Positions 40,372 through 55,825 of a stretch of 64,000 nt of DNA are shown here, piece by piece (position 1 is the first letter of the stretch; every line of letters begins with the position of its first letter). A program made the position numbers and the translations under genes. Under the pieces are notes generated by a model. It saw only the letters and a program-made list of their open reading frames with translations, ran no database searches and was not told the DNA's origin. Source of the DNA: Eledone cirrhosa (taxonomy: Eukaryota); the NCBI GenBank assembly GCA_964016885.1, contig OZ024742.1, positions 172,484,001 through 172,548,000 of the forward strand, read 5' to 3'.

Positions 40372-43289
40372 CTTCAAATGCCTGGTCAAACGCTACATCT
40401 CGCTTAAATGATTGACAGCTGATAGGTGTTTGTGCAAGTTCTCCTTCCATGTCACAACGCGGTCTTCCTCGTGGAATATATCACATTCTCTTCTTACGAG
40501 TTACCAAGCTTCTCCGGTACGTTGTTACTATTCTCAAAATCAACCAGAATGTCGAAAATATAAATTTTGAATTATCTGGATATGCAATACATCTGAAACT
40601 GTAGAATTGAATGGTATCGCTTCTGTCCGTAGCCAGTGTTGTAGTTTCAATTGATACTGTGTTTCGCTAGGGGCGTCTTGGTAGGGTTTCCTTACCATTA
40701 CAGATTGACTCACATAATCTATAATGTTTATCTTCATTTTCCTAGGATTTAAGTTTCTCAGCAATTGAATCTTAAATATTTGTTGCAATGTTAACATCTT
40801 TCCTTAGCGCCTTTCAATAAATATGTTTCTTACTGGATCTCCCGTTAAGTTAAACTTTGGCTGTGATGATGTTGTGATCTCTTTCTGTCGCCGTAGAGGA
40901 AGCATGTGCCTGACAACCTCGAATGGTAATTCTTTGATCTAGTGGTATGAAAAGTTACTCCTAATTGTCTCTTCCAATAATTAGCATGGCATGTGGAAGT
41001 ACCTCAGATGGAGTAACAATGATTTGGTGGTGAATATGTTGCTCCTCTTGGAATAAATTATTGTGTACTTATTTTACACATCTTACAATTATATAGATTA
41101 TTATTTGTCGAACCATTAAGTTACAAAGAACATGAACGCATACACACCTATGCAGACCTGCTTGCGCCTATATACATATGAGTTATGAAGTAAGAGCCAC
41201 AGACTTTATTCAGTAAAGATATTAGCACAAGCAGAAACCGAACCAAGGTATGTCTTTTAACAAACATCTTGTTCCTTGGTTAGCGTCTCCTGCTATTTAG
41301 CTTTTCCTGTAAATATATCCTATTATTTTCTTTGATATTCTAATAACAAGTCCCAAATACTCGGACATGATATATCGATATAATGTAGCTAAAAGTTCCT
41401 TATGTAGAATGCTTTTCTTTATAATGAATACCAGATTTCTGACTTTTGATTATAAGTCCTTCATTGATGAATAACTGTTAAATGTTCTACCGAAAAATAA
41501 TCTGCACATAAAATTCTCTTCAATAATAGTTGGATGCGAAGAAATAAGGTAATTTTAACAGATACTTCTATCTTATTTCGAGAAAATATTAGTGTTTTAT
41601 ATTATATTGTTATGCATTATATTGATAATAAAAAGCATGTAAATCACCTACCTTATAGGATGCTGGTAGAGTAAATAATTCTATTTTGTCACCAACCTGT
41701 CAATAAACTTGTTAATCCAGCATATTTAAAGCACCACACATAATGAAATAAAGGACCAGGAATATTTTAAAATCTTTTTAGAGCTTCATTTTAATTTGCA
41801 CTCTGCTTACTTGTAGCTGTGAAGATAGCATGGAAATTATATTGATATTCTACTGCGCTACTATTTCAGAATTTGTTAAGTAAAATAGAGCACAGTACCT
41901 GACGAGTCTCAGCCAAGTACGTATAACATCGCCATGACCATATAAAAAAGACCTTAACTAATAATAGCTTATGCCTTTTGTAAAACATCGCATGTAGTTT
42001 GTCACATTTTCCCAGACAAAACAACGACGGACATGAGAACTGGCACACTGGACCGAGAATGTTTGTGAATTTTGAAGGGATATATTACCTGAATTAGGAA
42101 AAACAACTAAAATGTCATCAAATATCATTTTAAAAGTAAAATTAAATGAATAGTTCCTTGAAATATAATTTTTGTATTTTTATTAATTTTCTTTACTTCC
42201 ATTTCTATTTCCTTTCGAAGAAAGCTTTATTTTCAGTGATATTTTATTCAGATATTTCTTCTGCTGCGCACCTGAACTCCTTTAGACAGAAGAAGCATTT
42301 CGTTTTAAAATGAACGCAAATTATTCAAGCATGGAGCTAAATGTATTGAGACGTTAAAAGAAAAAAACTGTTAACGTTCTCTACTTCGTAATCAACATCT
42401 GGTTTTAGTAGTAACAAAAATAAACACAAAAAGGACGTTACTGAATAACATCTACGACAATACTAAGAGATATAGCACTTATATGAAGACGAAGATGAGA
42501 AAAGAGACGACTAAAGCACTAACACGAAATCAATACCATTTGTGGTTGCAACAATTCCGAAAATAGAAAGATTCAAAATCGAAGAAAATTCTTTAAAACC
42601 TTCACAAACGATGCGTGTCTCTGTGTGTGGAGAATTACTGTAAATTCGTGAACAATGATCAACAGATAGAAGATATATGGTACTGTATATAGCTAAGAGT
42701 AGTTTCCTTTCAACAGACCCTCGATTTAAATATCTTAATGAAGAAGAGAAATCGAAAAAGAACATAGTGTGATCACGTCACATGGTTGTATGAAATGAGT
42801 GAAAAAAATAATGATTTGTTCACATGCCTAATGCATTTAAATTACACAGTAATTGGGGTACTGAAATTTATATTCAGCCATCGTTTTTATTATTTATGTG
42901 GGAGGAAAGAGTTGAAAGGTTTGCTTCTGTATTTCCAATTTCAAACCAAAACGTAAGTGCAAAAATGGGCTTAAGTTTTATCTGGCCAAACTGGTAAAAG
43001 ATTCTCAGAATTGACATGAAATGTTTACTCATTCACGCAACGTCATGGAAATACTGCTGGATATGCACTGGTACAATCCATGTACATGAACATACACGGG
43101 AAAAGCACTCAAAGGGATATAACGTATAGAATCTTGGTATATCGTGTACTTACTCTGATGATTATGAAAGCAAATGTAGCGACAATTCTTAACAAAAATC
43201 AAGATTGCATCGTATACAATTCAATGAAACTTTTAATATGGTCCTTAAAGCAACAACTGTTATATTTCAGGCATCATGTCACTATAAAC

Positions 43290-44100
43290 TAATATTTGTT
43301 TAATGTTCACTTTTGACCCAGATAACCACTTGGTTACGACGCTTCATGCTGATTAGAAGAGATTGGCATTATGCTTATGAGGGTTCGTTAATCGATACGT
43401 CCATAATGTCCTTTACTAAGGAATTTACACATGATCGATATGTGTCTGGAACCTTGGTGATCTATCTCAAGAATTCCCAAATACGATTGAGATCACCAAT
43501 ATTTCCAATCCACTCTAGCGTTGTGAACATAAACTGTCAAAGGTGTTCTTGCACAATTTTTGTATCGTATATGTTGTACATTAATATACACGAATAAGAT
43601 ATCGATATATGTGCATATGTATCTCCAGGTTATCTAGCATGTACAGGTTATTTTAGCCATAGGATCTGTCTAGTGTCAAAAGAATTATCGCTCTTTATTA
43701 TCTGGTCACCCGGCTAAATAGATGCTTTCTTTTCTCTACAATCGAATTTTCCTCATATCATTTTCCATGCGACCTGCCGATATGTACCTGGCATACAATA
43801 AAATGCGGCAGTGCTGATTCATCTGAAACTACAATTTGACTTCATTGCTCTCCAGTTAAAGCTCATGTTATTTTGTGAAAACCAGGTGCTTGTTTTTTTA
43901 TATCGAATGTCAATCCACTATTGCGGACAACTTTCAAAGTCTTTAGTCTAAATGTATTAACCAGTTGGCATGATACATTCCCATGCATCAGTATTGTACC
44001 TCTTGAAAGCAGTGTCACTCTGGATGTCTTATATCAACTTGTGGGACAAACATAGGCGAGGATTTTGGTGATACAATTATTTGTTCGTGTGTGTTCATTT
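43290..44100 (-). pseudogene. Highly decayed Tc1/mariner transposase
   Basis: Manual minus-strand translation gives IVVSDES, LDNLEIH, TLEWIGNIGDLNRIWEFL, LLISMKRRNQVVIWVKSEH in the Tc1 order (FSDES, QDNAPxH, WPxxSPDLNPIE, SMPRRxxAVIxAKGGxTKY). Confidence 0.55.
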
Positions 44101-44512
44101 TTCTTGTTGTACAATACCAGCTACAAATTAAGTATTCATTAATCGTATTATATTCTGTTGCCTTAGTAACTCCTATTGTGATATAATTATCTCGCCTTGA
44201 GTAATTTGTGTCATATTTAAATAATATCTGGTCAATTCAAACTTCAGATGGCGGGGCTTTTGACACATTTTGAAGTATGCATACGTATGGCCAATGGCGT
44301 AACACAAGCATTCAGCATTTAAGCTAGTAACAAACAGTTCCACGAATATTTACATGATGAAGATGGAAAACATTGAAGCAATTGTGTGTATTGTGCATAA
44401 GCCAAAATGGATGAGGCAATGTATTGAAATGATTGACAAATTAAAACAATTAGCTATCAGGTCCTTTAACCATGAATTTGTATGTATGTATGTATGTATG
44501 TATGTATGTATG

Positions 44513-44636
<124 letters not shown>

Positions 44637-44678
44637 AATATGTATATATTTACATACATGCGTGTGAGTGTGTGTATG

Positions 44679-44722
<44 letters not shown>

Positions 44723-44888
44723 GCGAAAGAGGAAGATTTCACACGATTCACCATAAAGAATCTTGCAATATATATATATATATATATATACATATATAAG
44801 CAGAAAGGATATTCAATTTGTTAGTAATTCAACAAATATAAATGTCTATAACCTATTTAGAGCACTCGACTAGTTTTCTGGAGTATAA

Positions 44889-45144
44889 TATACAATGATA
44901 TTAAATAAATGGAAAGGTATATTCATAAAACCATATTTATTCTATTATATATATTTCAAGGGTACCAAAAATGTTGGCACGCGATCATCAGATAAAATAC
45001 GAAGTGTGTTTTATAAACCTTGACATAACCAAGGAGAATTAACTGATGATAGCGTACCAAAAGTGTTGGTACCCTTGAAATATATATAATAGAATAAATA
45101 TAGTTTTATAAATATAGTTTCCATTTATGTAATATCATTGTATA
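44889..45144. repeat. Hammerhead-bearing inverted duplication (family also at 54525-55635 and 56155-56510)
   Basis: 44889-44993 vs 45041-45144; TTTTAT-CTGATGA..GTACCAA..TTGGTAC..GAAA TATA TATA-ATAGAA. Confidence 0.8.
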
Positions 45145-45156
45145 TATATATATATA

Positions 45157-45603
45157 TATAAAATAAAATAAAATAAATAAGTAAAATGTCTAAAATTTGG
45201 CTTCGTTTACTACTGCTATATATATTTCGGTACAGCCATCTTTGGCTGTGACCTCTTCTTGCACTCCGAATTAGTGTGGTAGAGAGGAGTACACATGTTG
45301 TTGAGGTGTTTAACTTTGTCAATACTCTGATATGCCCAGTTCCTTGTTGGGTTGTTAATTCACTGAGGGACTGGAGTCATATGACTCCAGTTCCTCAGTG
45401 AATTAATAACCCAACAAGGAACTGGGCATATCAGAGTATTGGCAATATTATACACCTAAACAACATATGTACATGTCTATACGATACTAATTCAAACTGC
45501 CGGAAGAGTTCACAGCCAAAGATGGCTGTCACTGAAATATATATAGCAGTAATAAACGAAGCCAAATTTTAATCATTTGACTTTTATTTAACTTTATTTT
45601 ATA
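45157..45603. repeat. Palindromic dimer of the 24669-24890 hammerhead element
   Basis: Centre GGAGTCATATGACTCC at about 45381; arms about 220 bp, diverged. Confidence 0.85.
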
Positions 45604-45719
45604 CTACTCCGGAGTAACCAAACCAACCTGCGCACTTCATCGAGTGCTCCAGCCTGCATACTGAGGTGTTAGTATACAACCAACATAAACTCAAAATCTC
45701 TCTCTATATATATATATTG

Positions 45720-46475
45720 CGAAACAGATTTTGGTTTGTCGGGTTATCAAAGTCTGTTGCCCTATATGGGTTTGTTATTTTTATTGATTTATTACGTTAA
45801 ATCGAGTCAGGCAAACCATAGTTTTAAATTAGGATTTTTTCAACCTAGCTAACTTGGTCATTTGCAATTGGAACACATGTATACTTATATCTGTGTTCAT
45901 CTCTCCCATATATCCAATTATATTTCAGGGCTCGGAAAGATTCCCTTCTTTGAGCTATTTAATTGTAAGAGACTATTTTGAATTTATAACTCAATGTGGA
46001 TATTCTCGGCTCTCTATATAGAGCTAACCTTAGTCTCATAAACCCAGCTGCTATTTTTAGCTGCATGAGTATGTGACGCGCTAGGCGCTGCAACATGTGC
46101 GTTAATATCAGCATATCTTTCAGTCTTCTTAGTTCCTTTGAAGTGAATGGTACGAATTTTCATGGATACCCGCAGATGAGCACAGGAATTCTGGCTTTCC
46201 GTTAATAATTCTTGTGAAACAGATTTTGGTCTGTCCGGGTATCAAAGTTTGTTATTTTTATTGGTTTATTACTTTAAATCGAGTTAGTTAAACCATATTG
46301 TTTTAAATTAGTATTTTGTCAACCCAGCTAACTTGGTCATTTGCAATTGGAACACATGTATACTTGTATCGGTGTTCATCTCTTTTATATATCCAAGTAA
46401 ATTGCACGGCTCGGAAAGATTCCCTTCTTTGAGCTATTTAATTGTAAAAGACTATTTTGAGTGTATAACACAATC
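45720..46475 (+). repeat. Diverged direct repeat of about 260 bp
   Basis: GAAACAGATTTTGG...GAGCTATTTAATTGTAA.AGACTATTTTGA at about 45721-45995 and 46216-46474; second copy ends at (TA)n. Confidence 0.8.
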
Positions 46476-46658
46476 TATGATATATATATATATATATATA
46501 TAATGAAGGAAATGTGGTAAGGAACCAGGTGGACCATAACGCACCAAAGTACTCAATACTTAGGGTAGTAGAGTGGGTAATAGGAACAAGTATGACCCCG
46601 AATGTCCAGAATTAGCCGTCGAAACGGCTTGAGCTCAGCCGTCGGGGTCTTACTTGTT

Positions 46659-46726
<68 letters not shown>

Positions 46727-46873
46727 AGTATGTATGTATACGTACATACATATATGTATACAGACGTACAGTAGCATGTATATATATATATGTTTGTTGA
46801 CAAACTAACAAAGCAGCGCTATAATAAGCGTCTGCTAAACTGATGCGTGCATATATGTATGTGTACCTGCATG

Positions 46874-46938
<65 letters not shown>

Positions 46939-47055
46939 GCTACTGTACGTCTGTATACATATATGTATGTACGTATACATACATACTTACATTTAAGTAA
47001 GTGCCATACTAAGAGTGAGAAATGAAATTTCGTTTTTCGTTTTCATTTTTTTCAA

Positions 47056-47119
<64 letters not shown>

Positions 47120-47601
47120 TACATATATATTCTCATTGACTGATGGTTTTCGGCTCTTGCTGAACCAGACCATGTCTAACATTATACCCCAACTAAACTA
47201 GACACATTCTTTGCAGTCATATTTCCTAATTAAGTAACCATTTAGAGAGTGTTTTCGGCACCAGTACCCAGATTTTGACCGAATCATATCCAGTTGCAGG
47301 TCGTTCATCTGAAATTTGTCAAGAACATTTTAATTCTTATGGGCTCTTTTTCTTCCTTTCCCCGTTTCCATATAATGGTGAGAATCAGAACCACTGAAAA
47401 TAAATTAGTCTTTTCGTAATTTTGAATCTTGATGAAAGGTTACATTTTGTATGGGAGAATAAAACTTAATATTAATTCTCACAGTTTTTGTCAATTTTGA
47501 TGGCTTATTTGTCACATCGTCCACAAGATTATGCACACAAATCGTTGTTGGTGTCATTTGATATGGTCATGTATTAACAAGCTTTGGTAGAGTGACATAT
47601 T

Positions 47602-48280
47602 AATTGTTTCTAGTTTTGGCACAAGGCCAGCAATTACCTAGTACATTATTGGTACTTTATTTTATCGACCCCGTAAGAATGAAAGGCAAAGTTAACCTCG
47701 GCAGGATTTGAACTCAGATCATAAAGTGCCGTAACTCTATTCTGTAAAACATGGTGTCTGACGCTCTACCAATAATTGTTTCTACTTTAGGCACAAGGCC
47801 AGCAATTATCCCAGTGTATTACTGGTACTTTATTTTATCGACCCCGTAAGGATGAAAGGCAAAGTCAACCTCAGATGGTAAAGGGACGTAACCACGCTGG
47901 AAAGCATGGCGTCCGACCCTCTACCAATAATGCCAATCCGCCGCCCGTAGAGTGACATAATAATGCCATTATTGTAGAATTGCATGCCTTTTTGTTGAAT
48001 CTGCAGATGTTTTCAGTGATCATAAGTAAAACCTTAAATACTTTAAATATAACAGCTTCATTAAAAGATAATTATTCATATTACTGATACCGATAATACA
48101 TGTTTCTACTTTTGGCACAAAGCCAGCAAATACCTCCAGTGCATTACTGGTGCTTTATTTTATCGATTCAGTAAGGATGAATGGCAAAGTTAACCTCGGC
48201 GGGATTTGTATTCGGAACATAAAGAGCCATAAGACTATGCCCCAAATTATGGTTCTGACGCTTCCCTATACTACCAACCC
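47602..48280 (-). mobile_element. Cluster of three tRNA-derived SINEs
   Basis: About 47602-47770, 47773-47946, 48100-48280. Confidence 0.75.
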
Positions 48281-49020
48281 ACAGGGAAAGAAGCCACCCT
48301 TTATATGTATTCCCTCAGCCAGAAAACAAAGCATTTGAAACATTGTTATACGACGTCTGAGAATTAGCAAGCATATCATGAAAATCAAACACAAATATCT
48401 TTTAATTTGAGCAGCGTTTATGCTATATTCCTGGGTATACTATGTTGTGATACATGTATTCTGATTTTAAATATTTTTAGTATATAATTTGATGATGGCA
48501 GACATAGAATGTGTGTTTGCATTCTGAATCTGTAGAAGAACATTTAGCAAGGTGCCGGTTAATTTCACGTGCATCATGTTCCCTGTTTACGAATAGAACC
48601 CTCATTATCAGTAGTAATAGTTACCTTTGTTTTACCGTTTTATGATATACTGGGATCAAACAAAGTGCGATATACTCGAATATATAAGCATGTATTTGTA
48701 ATTAAACACACGTCGGTATCTATGATCAATAACACAGTCAAAGGCAAGTTCAAGTACATGATCATGTCAACAACATTTAAATTGTAAAATTATCCATGAA
48801 TATATCCGTTTCAGAATTCTAAATGTCTGTGGCTAGTTGGAATATGACAACATATATTCAAAAGTTTATTTGGAGACCAAAATATTTGCAGGAAGAATTA
48901 AATCTACGCACGAGTTACTGCTTAACCTCTACAGAGAGCGTGACATGATCAGTGATCAGCATAAAGTAAATACGACACCAACCTATATGTAGGTTTAGAG
49001 GTTTGATTTTTTTAGATATG

Positions 49021-49060
<40 letters not shown>

Positions 49061-49069
49061 CATACATAT

Positions 49070-50155
49070 CGATTAAGCATTGTTGCATAATATATGCAGA
49101 CATAAGGTAGAGTGCACCCTAATGCTGCATTAAGTGTGTGTGGCCGAAACTCGAGTCCGGGAACTACTATAGGCACCCGTTTTACGTGACTTGTATTGAA
49201 CTGAATAACTATGTATACTCTGGGAATGTATCCTTCATTACCTATTGAGTACGCTGTGATACAACCGGTCCTGGCATTGATAAATATGCTGGGTCCGTCA
49301 ACTCCTTAGTATTATTATCTCCCAACTAGCAGACTAATGAGAGTAAGTTAAACAATTTTTTACTTTTTTAATTCTGTTTTGTTTTGATATGCGCCCAATT
49401 TCCTGCTATTAATTTTATCTCTCACTCTTTTAAGTTGTGAAATAAAATGGTTTACACACGTGGCTGCCGCAATCTAGCTCGCTACTCTATATCGCTGTAT
49501 AATAGATACTGGCATTTAATGTCTGTTAAAGGTTCTTGGCACTAACATTGTGACTATCGCTTTCCTCTAGCCATGGGACTTGGAGATCTGAGCAGAATGC
49601 TACCATTCTATTATACATGGATGTGACTGCTCTTTCTAATAACCATCTTTTCACTATCTTATTAATTTGTGTTGGAGACACGGTGGTTGAGTTCTTTTGA
49701 CTGGAGCGAAAATATTTGTTTTCTAATCTCCCGTCACCACGTAAAGTTTGTAAATCTGTGGCTGGTCGAGGGACAGGGTTGTATCACATTCCAGTTGCTA
49801 ATCACTTTACTGTGTCGGCCGTCACAAACAGTCATAGCCGGCATGGGCTGGAGTTTGGAATCTGTTGATCGATTGGTTATTGATTAGGCGATACCCGCCG
49901 ATGAAGGCACATGCGCCGATTATGCATTGTTGCATAATATATGCAGACATAGAGTGCAGTGCACCCTACTGCTGCATTAAGTGGGGCCTAAACTCGAGTC
50001 CGGGAACTACTATAGGCACCCGTTTTACGTGTGTTGTATTGAAGCGAATAACTATGTGTATACTCTGGGAATGTATCCTACATTATCTATTGAGTACACT
50101 GAGATACAACCAGTCCTGGCATTGATAAATATGCTGGGTCCATCAACTCCTTATT
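49070..50155 (+). mobile_element. Non-coding pLTR-type element: about 235-bp direct repeats, hammerhead-like motif, (TA)n at both ends
   Basis: 49077-49315 vs 49924-50155; CCCG-CCGATGA-AGGC at 49894-49908 ... GCC-GAAAC tcga GTC-CGGG (GAAAC intact in first repeat at 49146, TAAAC in second). Confidence 0.65.
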
Positions 50156-50350
50156 ATATATATATATAATCAAAGAAGTTGATGAAAGAGAAGCAAGCCG
50201 TTAAAATACATTTATAAAAAGCTCTAAAATTTAACCCTGTTTGCAGAAGCATCGAGCACGAATGCACCTGCTTTTGGCAAATACTTATCTGTATCGTTTA
50301 ATATATACCTCTTCTTTCCATCCTCTCCCACGATACTGTAACATTTTTAT

Positions 50351-50483
<133 letters not shown>

Positions 50484-51249
50484 ACACGCGTACGTTACAT
50501 GCACACACGACATACTTTTGTGGATATATGCAAATAGTTGTGTGTATATATGCAGGTGTGTATGAAATATGAAAAAATATATATCTGAAATTCAGTATTT
50601 CGCCTAGAAGTGGGTGAATAATGATATAAAATAATGCAATAAGAGAAATTGAAATAGCCTTCATGTTTCAAGTGAATATCGAAGTCATGAATATAATATA
50701 TTTAAGTATATATATATTTAACTAAAATAACCCAATATGTATAGAACACTTATCAAATGTTATCATTATTCCACTGCAGACATATTTATATATTTTTTCA
50801 AACTCCATTAACAAATTCGAAAATTGTAAAAGTCTTTAAACTAACTTTAGTATGTTATTATTATATGTATTGTTAGTATTACTATTACTGCAATGATAAG
50901 TGTTATTAATGTCTATGGTGGGTAGATTGGCGGTATTGGTAGAGCGTCGGATAACATCCTTTGTGGCATATAGTTATATGCATTTAACATTCTCATACTA
51001 AATACCACCGTGGTACGATTACCTTTCACTGCCCTGGAGGCGATAAAAAAACACCAGTAATACGCCGGTGAAAATTCAATCGACATTCTCCTCCCCTAAA
51101 TGTCTTAGCCTTGTACCTAACTAAAATCATTGTAATATCTGATTGATTGGAAATATATTTAGGCCTTGAATAAATTGCATTATTTGATTGTGTTCTGATT
51201 TTAAATGCCAATGTTGTCAAATTTAACTGTCGTCTATCATCGATATCGA

Positions 51250-51286
<37 letters not shown>

Positions 51287-51895
51287 GAAAGGTATAGAGA
51301 TTGTTTTAGCGAGAAGCTAATAGTATTCTATAACATATATGAGACTATATCGTCAATATGGGAAAAGTAGTTAACGTAAGATTTAGGAAAAATAATTCAA
51401 ACTCATCTCAAATGAGAATCAGGATACAAATTCATCCACAGAATTTAGTGAAATCCAGGGAAAAATCAATAGACCTTTAACTCATGATAAAATAAAGTTT
51501 AAAACACTTATCCTTCAATTTGGAATAACATCAAATGCTCTGTATAGTCTTAAAAGACTATTTCATGAAAACTTTCAGTGGAGATGGTCACGGTTGGATT
51601 TCAATCGTCAGAAGAGCTCAACAGATAACCAGGGCTACCACAGTATTATAAGGCGAAAGGGGAATTCTAAAACTGTCTAGTTCGCCATCATGCGTGATTA
51701 TGAAAACGCACATGAGGAAAAACGGGGCTAGTGACGTCAGGATGAAAGTGAATGTTTATTTACAAGAAATACAAGTCAAATACATTCTGAAAAAAACTCT
51801 ACAAAAGGAGTTCAGCAAATAGCAATATTATCACAGTTTTTATAAAAAAAAACCGGGATTAGTCACAGATAGTTTAAGCACTCTAGGAATATCTA

Positions 51896-51998
<103 letters not shown>

Positions 51999-53292
51999 AT
52001 ATAGATATATAGATATATAGATATATGTATATAAATATAAATGTGTGTGTGTTCATATGTATATATGTACGTACGTTATATCGTTATTTTACTATAGATG
52101 ACACCAATATGATTATACAATGCAATTACTTGAACAGTGTTCTTGGGGTATCAGTCTGTTGTATCTTCGTATTTATTCCATATAGAACGTTTCGCAGAGG
52201 GTCAGCTAAAGATTAAATAGATATATCTGAATCTTGTACTGATATGCCAATCGGTCCTGTCGTTTTAATGGACCGAGGATCTGCGATATATGTGTAATGT
52301 TACATAAAGAATTAACACAGATCTCATAAAAAATTCGTTAACTCATACAATATGTGTACACATTTATATAAACATTAAACATAAGCCAAAATCTTGATTT
52401 GAGAGGATATTGGGGGGACAAACTAAAATAAATCAGTTTTACTCATACTGAATATAGAACAAGCATGCCATGTCATATTTAGAAAGGGTTACGGCAAAAT
52501 ATTATATAATTTTCAAATTACGCTCGGCCCTTTCGAAGCATATGTTTAATTTGTTATATAGATTATTACTGACCTGAGTACTCGATACTTGGTGTAGTAG
52601 AATGAGTAACATAAACAAATTCATGACACCGACGGCTGAGCTCCGGCCGTTATATATATATATATATATATTGACATTATCTCCAGCGTTACACTTTATT
52701 TCAGGTTGCTCCTTCTACCTGGAGTTGCGACCGATAGATAGTATTAGCAATTAGAAAGACCAACGGAAACATTGTTCCCTCGGTCCGATTTGACGAAAGT
52801 CGATCGTTCCTATATATATATATATAAAAAGTTCTGAAACGAAAGGAGCTGTGTGGTTACTAAAAACAAGGTCCCACTATGGGACCTGTATACTTTTTTC
52901 GCCTATTCCTGTCCTATATTTTCCCTTTCTTCCTCTCTCCTCATTCCCCTCCCCCTGTTCTTCCTCCTTTCCCTCTCTTTCCTTTTCTCTCGCCTTTTTT
53001 CTCCCCCCTTTTTCCTCTCTCCCTCTCTCCTTTTCTACCTGTCCTTTTGATTAATAAAAAGGCCTCGGGCGCACCCGAACTACACCGATGTCCTGTAATT
53101 CAGCGCCGAAACATCGGTCCGGGAAACATTTACAGCTGACGATTGAAACCCCTTTCTTCATTTCTCCTCCTGTTCCGTCCTAACCACCATCCTAAACCCT
53201 AAATAATTAGAGAGAGAGAGAAAGAGAGAGAGAGAGAGCGAGAGAAAAGAGAGAGAGAAAGCGAGAGAAAAGAGAGAGAGAGAGAGAGAGCG

Positions 53293-54287
53293 AGAGAAAA
53301 GGTGAAGTTGTAAATAGCATAGAAAGTATATTTTAGGGTCTGGGGTTTTTTTTTTTGGCGGGGGGTGAAATTAGATTATTGAAAAAATGAGAGGGACAAA
53401 CATTTTGTTAAATGTTTTATAATGTATATAAAATATTACTGGTCACGATGTATTATTAAAATTCATTTTATCAAATTTTGAGTATTAAAATTAAAAAGAA
53501 TTAAAAAATAAAAATTAAAGATTTAAAATCAAGTGGTAAGTTTTATTTCATCATCCTTATATATATATATACTATAAATGATGTTATTAGAATCATTTGA
53601 TAAGATATATGCTCAATTTCCACCCCAATTAGCATAATCAACCACACCAAAACCCAATGAAACCAGGCTATAAGAATAAAGGGCACATATGAAGAAATAA
53701 TAGGTACATAAACGATAGCCATATTTTCGCGATCAACATCCATAGAATATTTAACCATCATTTCAATAGCACGTGGAAATCGATTAAATATATCGTCAAC
53801 CATACACAATTAGGTATACAATTAAAGTTAGAAGAAAAAATACATATAAACATACCAGGAATACGTTTCTAACCTTAGGGTTTAGCTCGCTTTCTGAAAT
53901 ATCCTATCAAGGATAAATTCTCGAGCTTCGAACTCATCAGGAAACAAACTCAAGTGGTAGTTTTATTCATCTTCCTTATATATATATATATAAAGAAGAT
54001 GAAAAAAACTTAACACTTGATTTTAAATATTTAAATTTTATCTTTTAACTATTTTAAATTGTAATACTCAATATTTGATGTAATGAATTTTAATAATACA
54101 CCGAGACCAGTAATACTTTATTTACATTATAAAACCTTTTTTAAAAATTTGTTTTCCTCTAATTTTGTCAATAATCCAATTTCAACAACAACACCCTCAC
54201 ACACCCACCCCAAAAAAAAAGAAAAAAAAAGAAAAAAACAGACCCTAAAATATACTTTCTGTGCTATTTATAACTTCACCTTTTCTA
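53293..54287. repeat. Diverged inverted duplication, about 270-300-bp arms, bounded by (GA)n/(TC)n
   Basis: 53293-53560 vs 53985-54287. Confidence 0.75.
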
Positions 54288-54311
54288 ACTTTCTCTCTCC
54301 CTCTCCCCACC

Positions 54312-54404
<93 letters not shown>

Positions 54405-54581
54405 GAATCAGTTCTATTCCTGGGTATATATATATACGTAGAAGGGGTATTTAATTTGTTGGAAGTCCGAAAATATAAATGTTTATAACTGATTTAAAGC
54501 ACTCAACAAGTTACTGGAGTAAATACTCAATGATATTAAATAAATGGAAACTATATTTCTAAAACCATATTTATGTTATTA

Positions 54582-55430
54582 CTAGCAGTGGTACCCGACG
54601 TTGCACGGGATAATTTATTTTGGAACGCGGGCCGCCAACAGATCTAATCGTGGAAAAACGGCATGCCTTGGCAATATGTAAAGAAAATAAACGGTATACT
54701 CTGATGGCTGTAAAATCTTTAAGATTTTCCTCGATGAAGCAAGAAAAATTCAGGTTTTCACCTAATGCAGGCCCTAGGGGATCAAGAAAATGATTTTTTT
54801 TTATGTGCATAATATGCCTTTATTCGGGAAAATCGGCTAGACGTAACGCTTCCAAAAAGCCATAAAAAGCTGAAAAAATGAAGTTTTTCACCTAATAGGC
54901 CATAAAAAAGTTGGATTTCCTTTGCTCACGGTATGAAGAAGAGACTGACTAATACATAGTTACAATTTCAAGGGAATCGGTCTGGCGTAACGCCTCTAAA
55001 AACACCTAAAAATCTTAAAAAACGCAGTTTTTCACTCAATTCGGGCTCGAGGAGATAAAAAGAAGTTGAATTTTTTATGTGCATAACACTCCCCCTTGAA
55101 ACAAAAGTAATACACATGTAAAGTTTGAAAAATATCGGTTGGGTACTTCTCGAGTTTTAGAGATTCAAACTCACACACACACACAGACACACAGACATCC
55201 TGAGGGAAGTGGTGTAATGCAGACAGAAAGAGAAAGACAAAGAATTATAGAGCGAGATCGCTAATGCGGTCCCTAGGGCATTGAATATTTGATTTTTGTT
55301 TTGCTCTGTACAGTCCCTGAAACATAAGTATTACATGTGTAAAGTTTGAAAACAGTCGGTTGGGTGGGTCTAGAGTTTTCAGGATTCGAACTCACAAACA
55401 CACAAACAGACATCCTCAGTTTTATATATA
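54582..55430 (-). mobile_element. Non-autonomous Helitron-like element with duplicated 5' end
   Basis: Minus-strand 3' end CCCGTGCAACGTCGGG hairpin + CTAG|T; 5' part TATATATAAACTGAGGATGTCTGT..; about 55110-55205 repeats 55325-55420; splits an arm of the hammerhead palindrome family. Confidence 0.7.
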
Positions 55431-55633
55431 TACATATATATTTCAAGGTTACCAAACACATTGGTACGCTTTCATCAGATAAAATACAAAGTTTGTTTGA
55501 TAAATAGAGACAGATCTGATAAGTAGAGACAGATCTGATGAAAGCGTACCAATGTGTCTTTGTACCCTTGACATATATATAATAAAATAAATATGGTTTT
55601 AGAAATATAGTTTCCATTTATTTAATATCATTG

Positions 55634-55825
<192 letters not shown>

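Noticed and set aside
40371-41050. Minus-strand ORF fragments (85 and 108 aa) and the 36153-36428 ORF as decayed genes
   Set aside because: No motif I can recognise; a tblastx/HMM search would be needed.
53065-53123. GGCGC..GCGCC-GAAAC atcg GTC-CGGG half-hammerhead, and CTGATGA..GAAAC on minus at about 53860-53942
   Set aside because: Upstream core or stem I missing; too degenerate to call.
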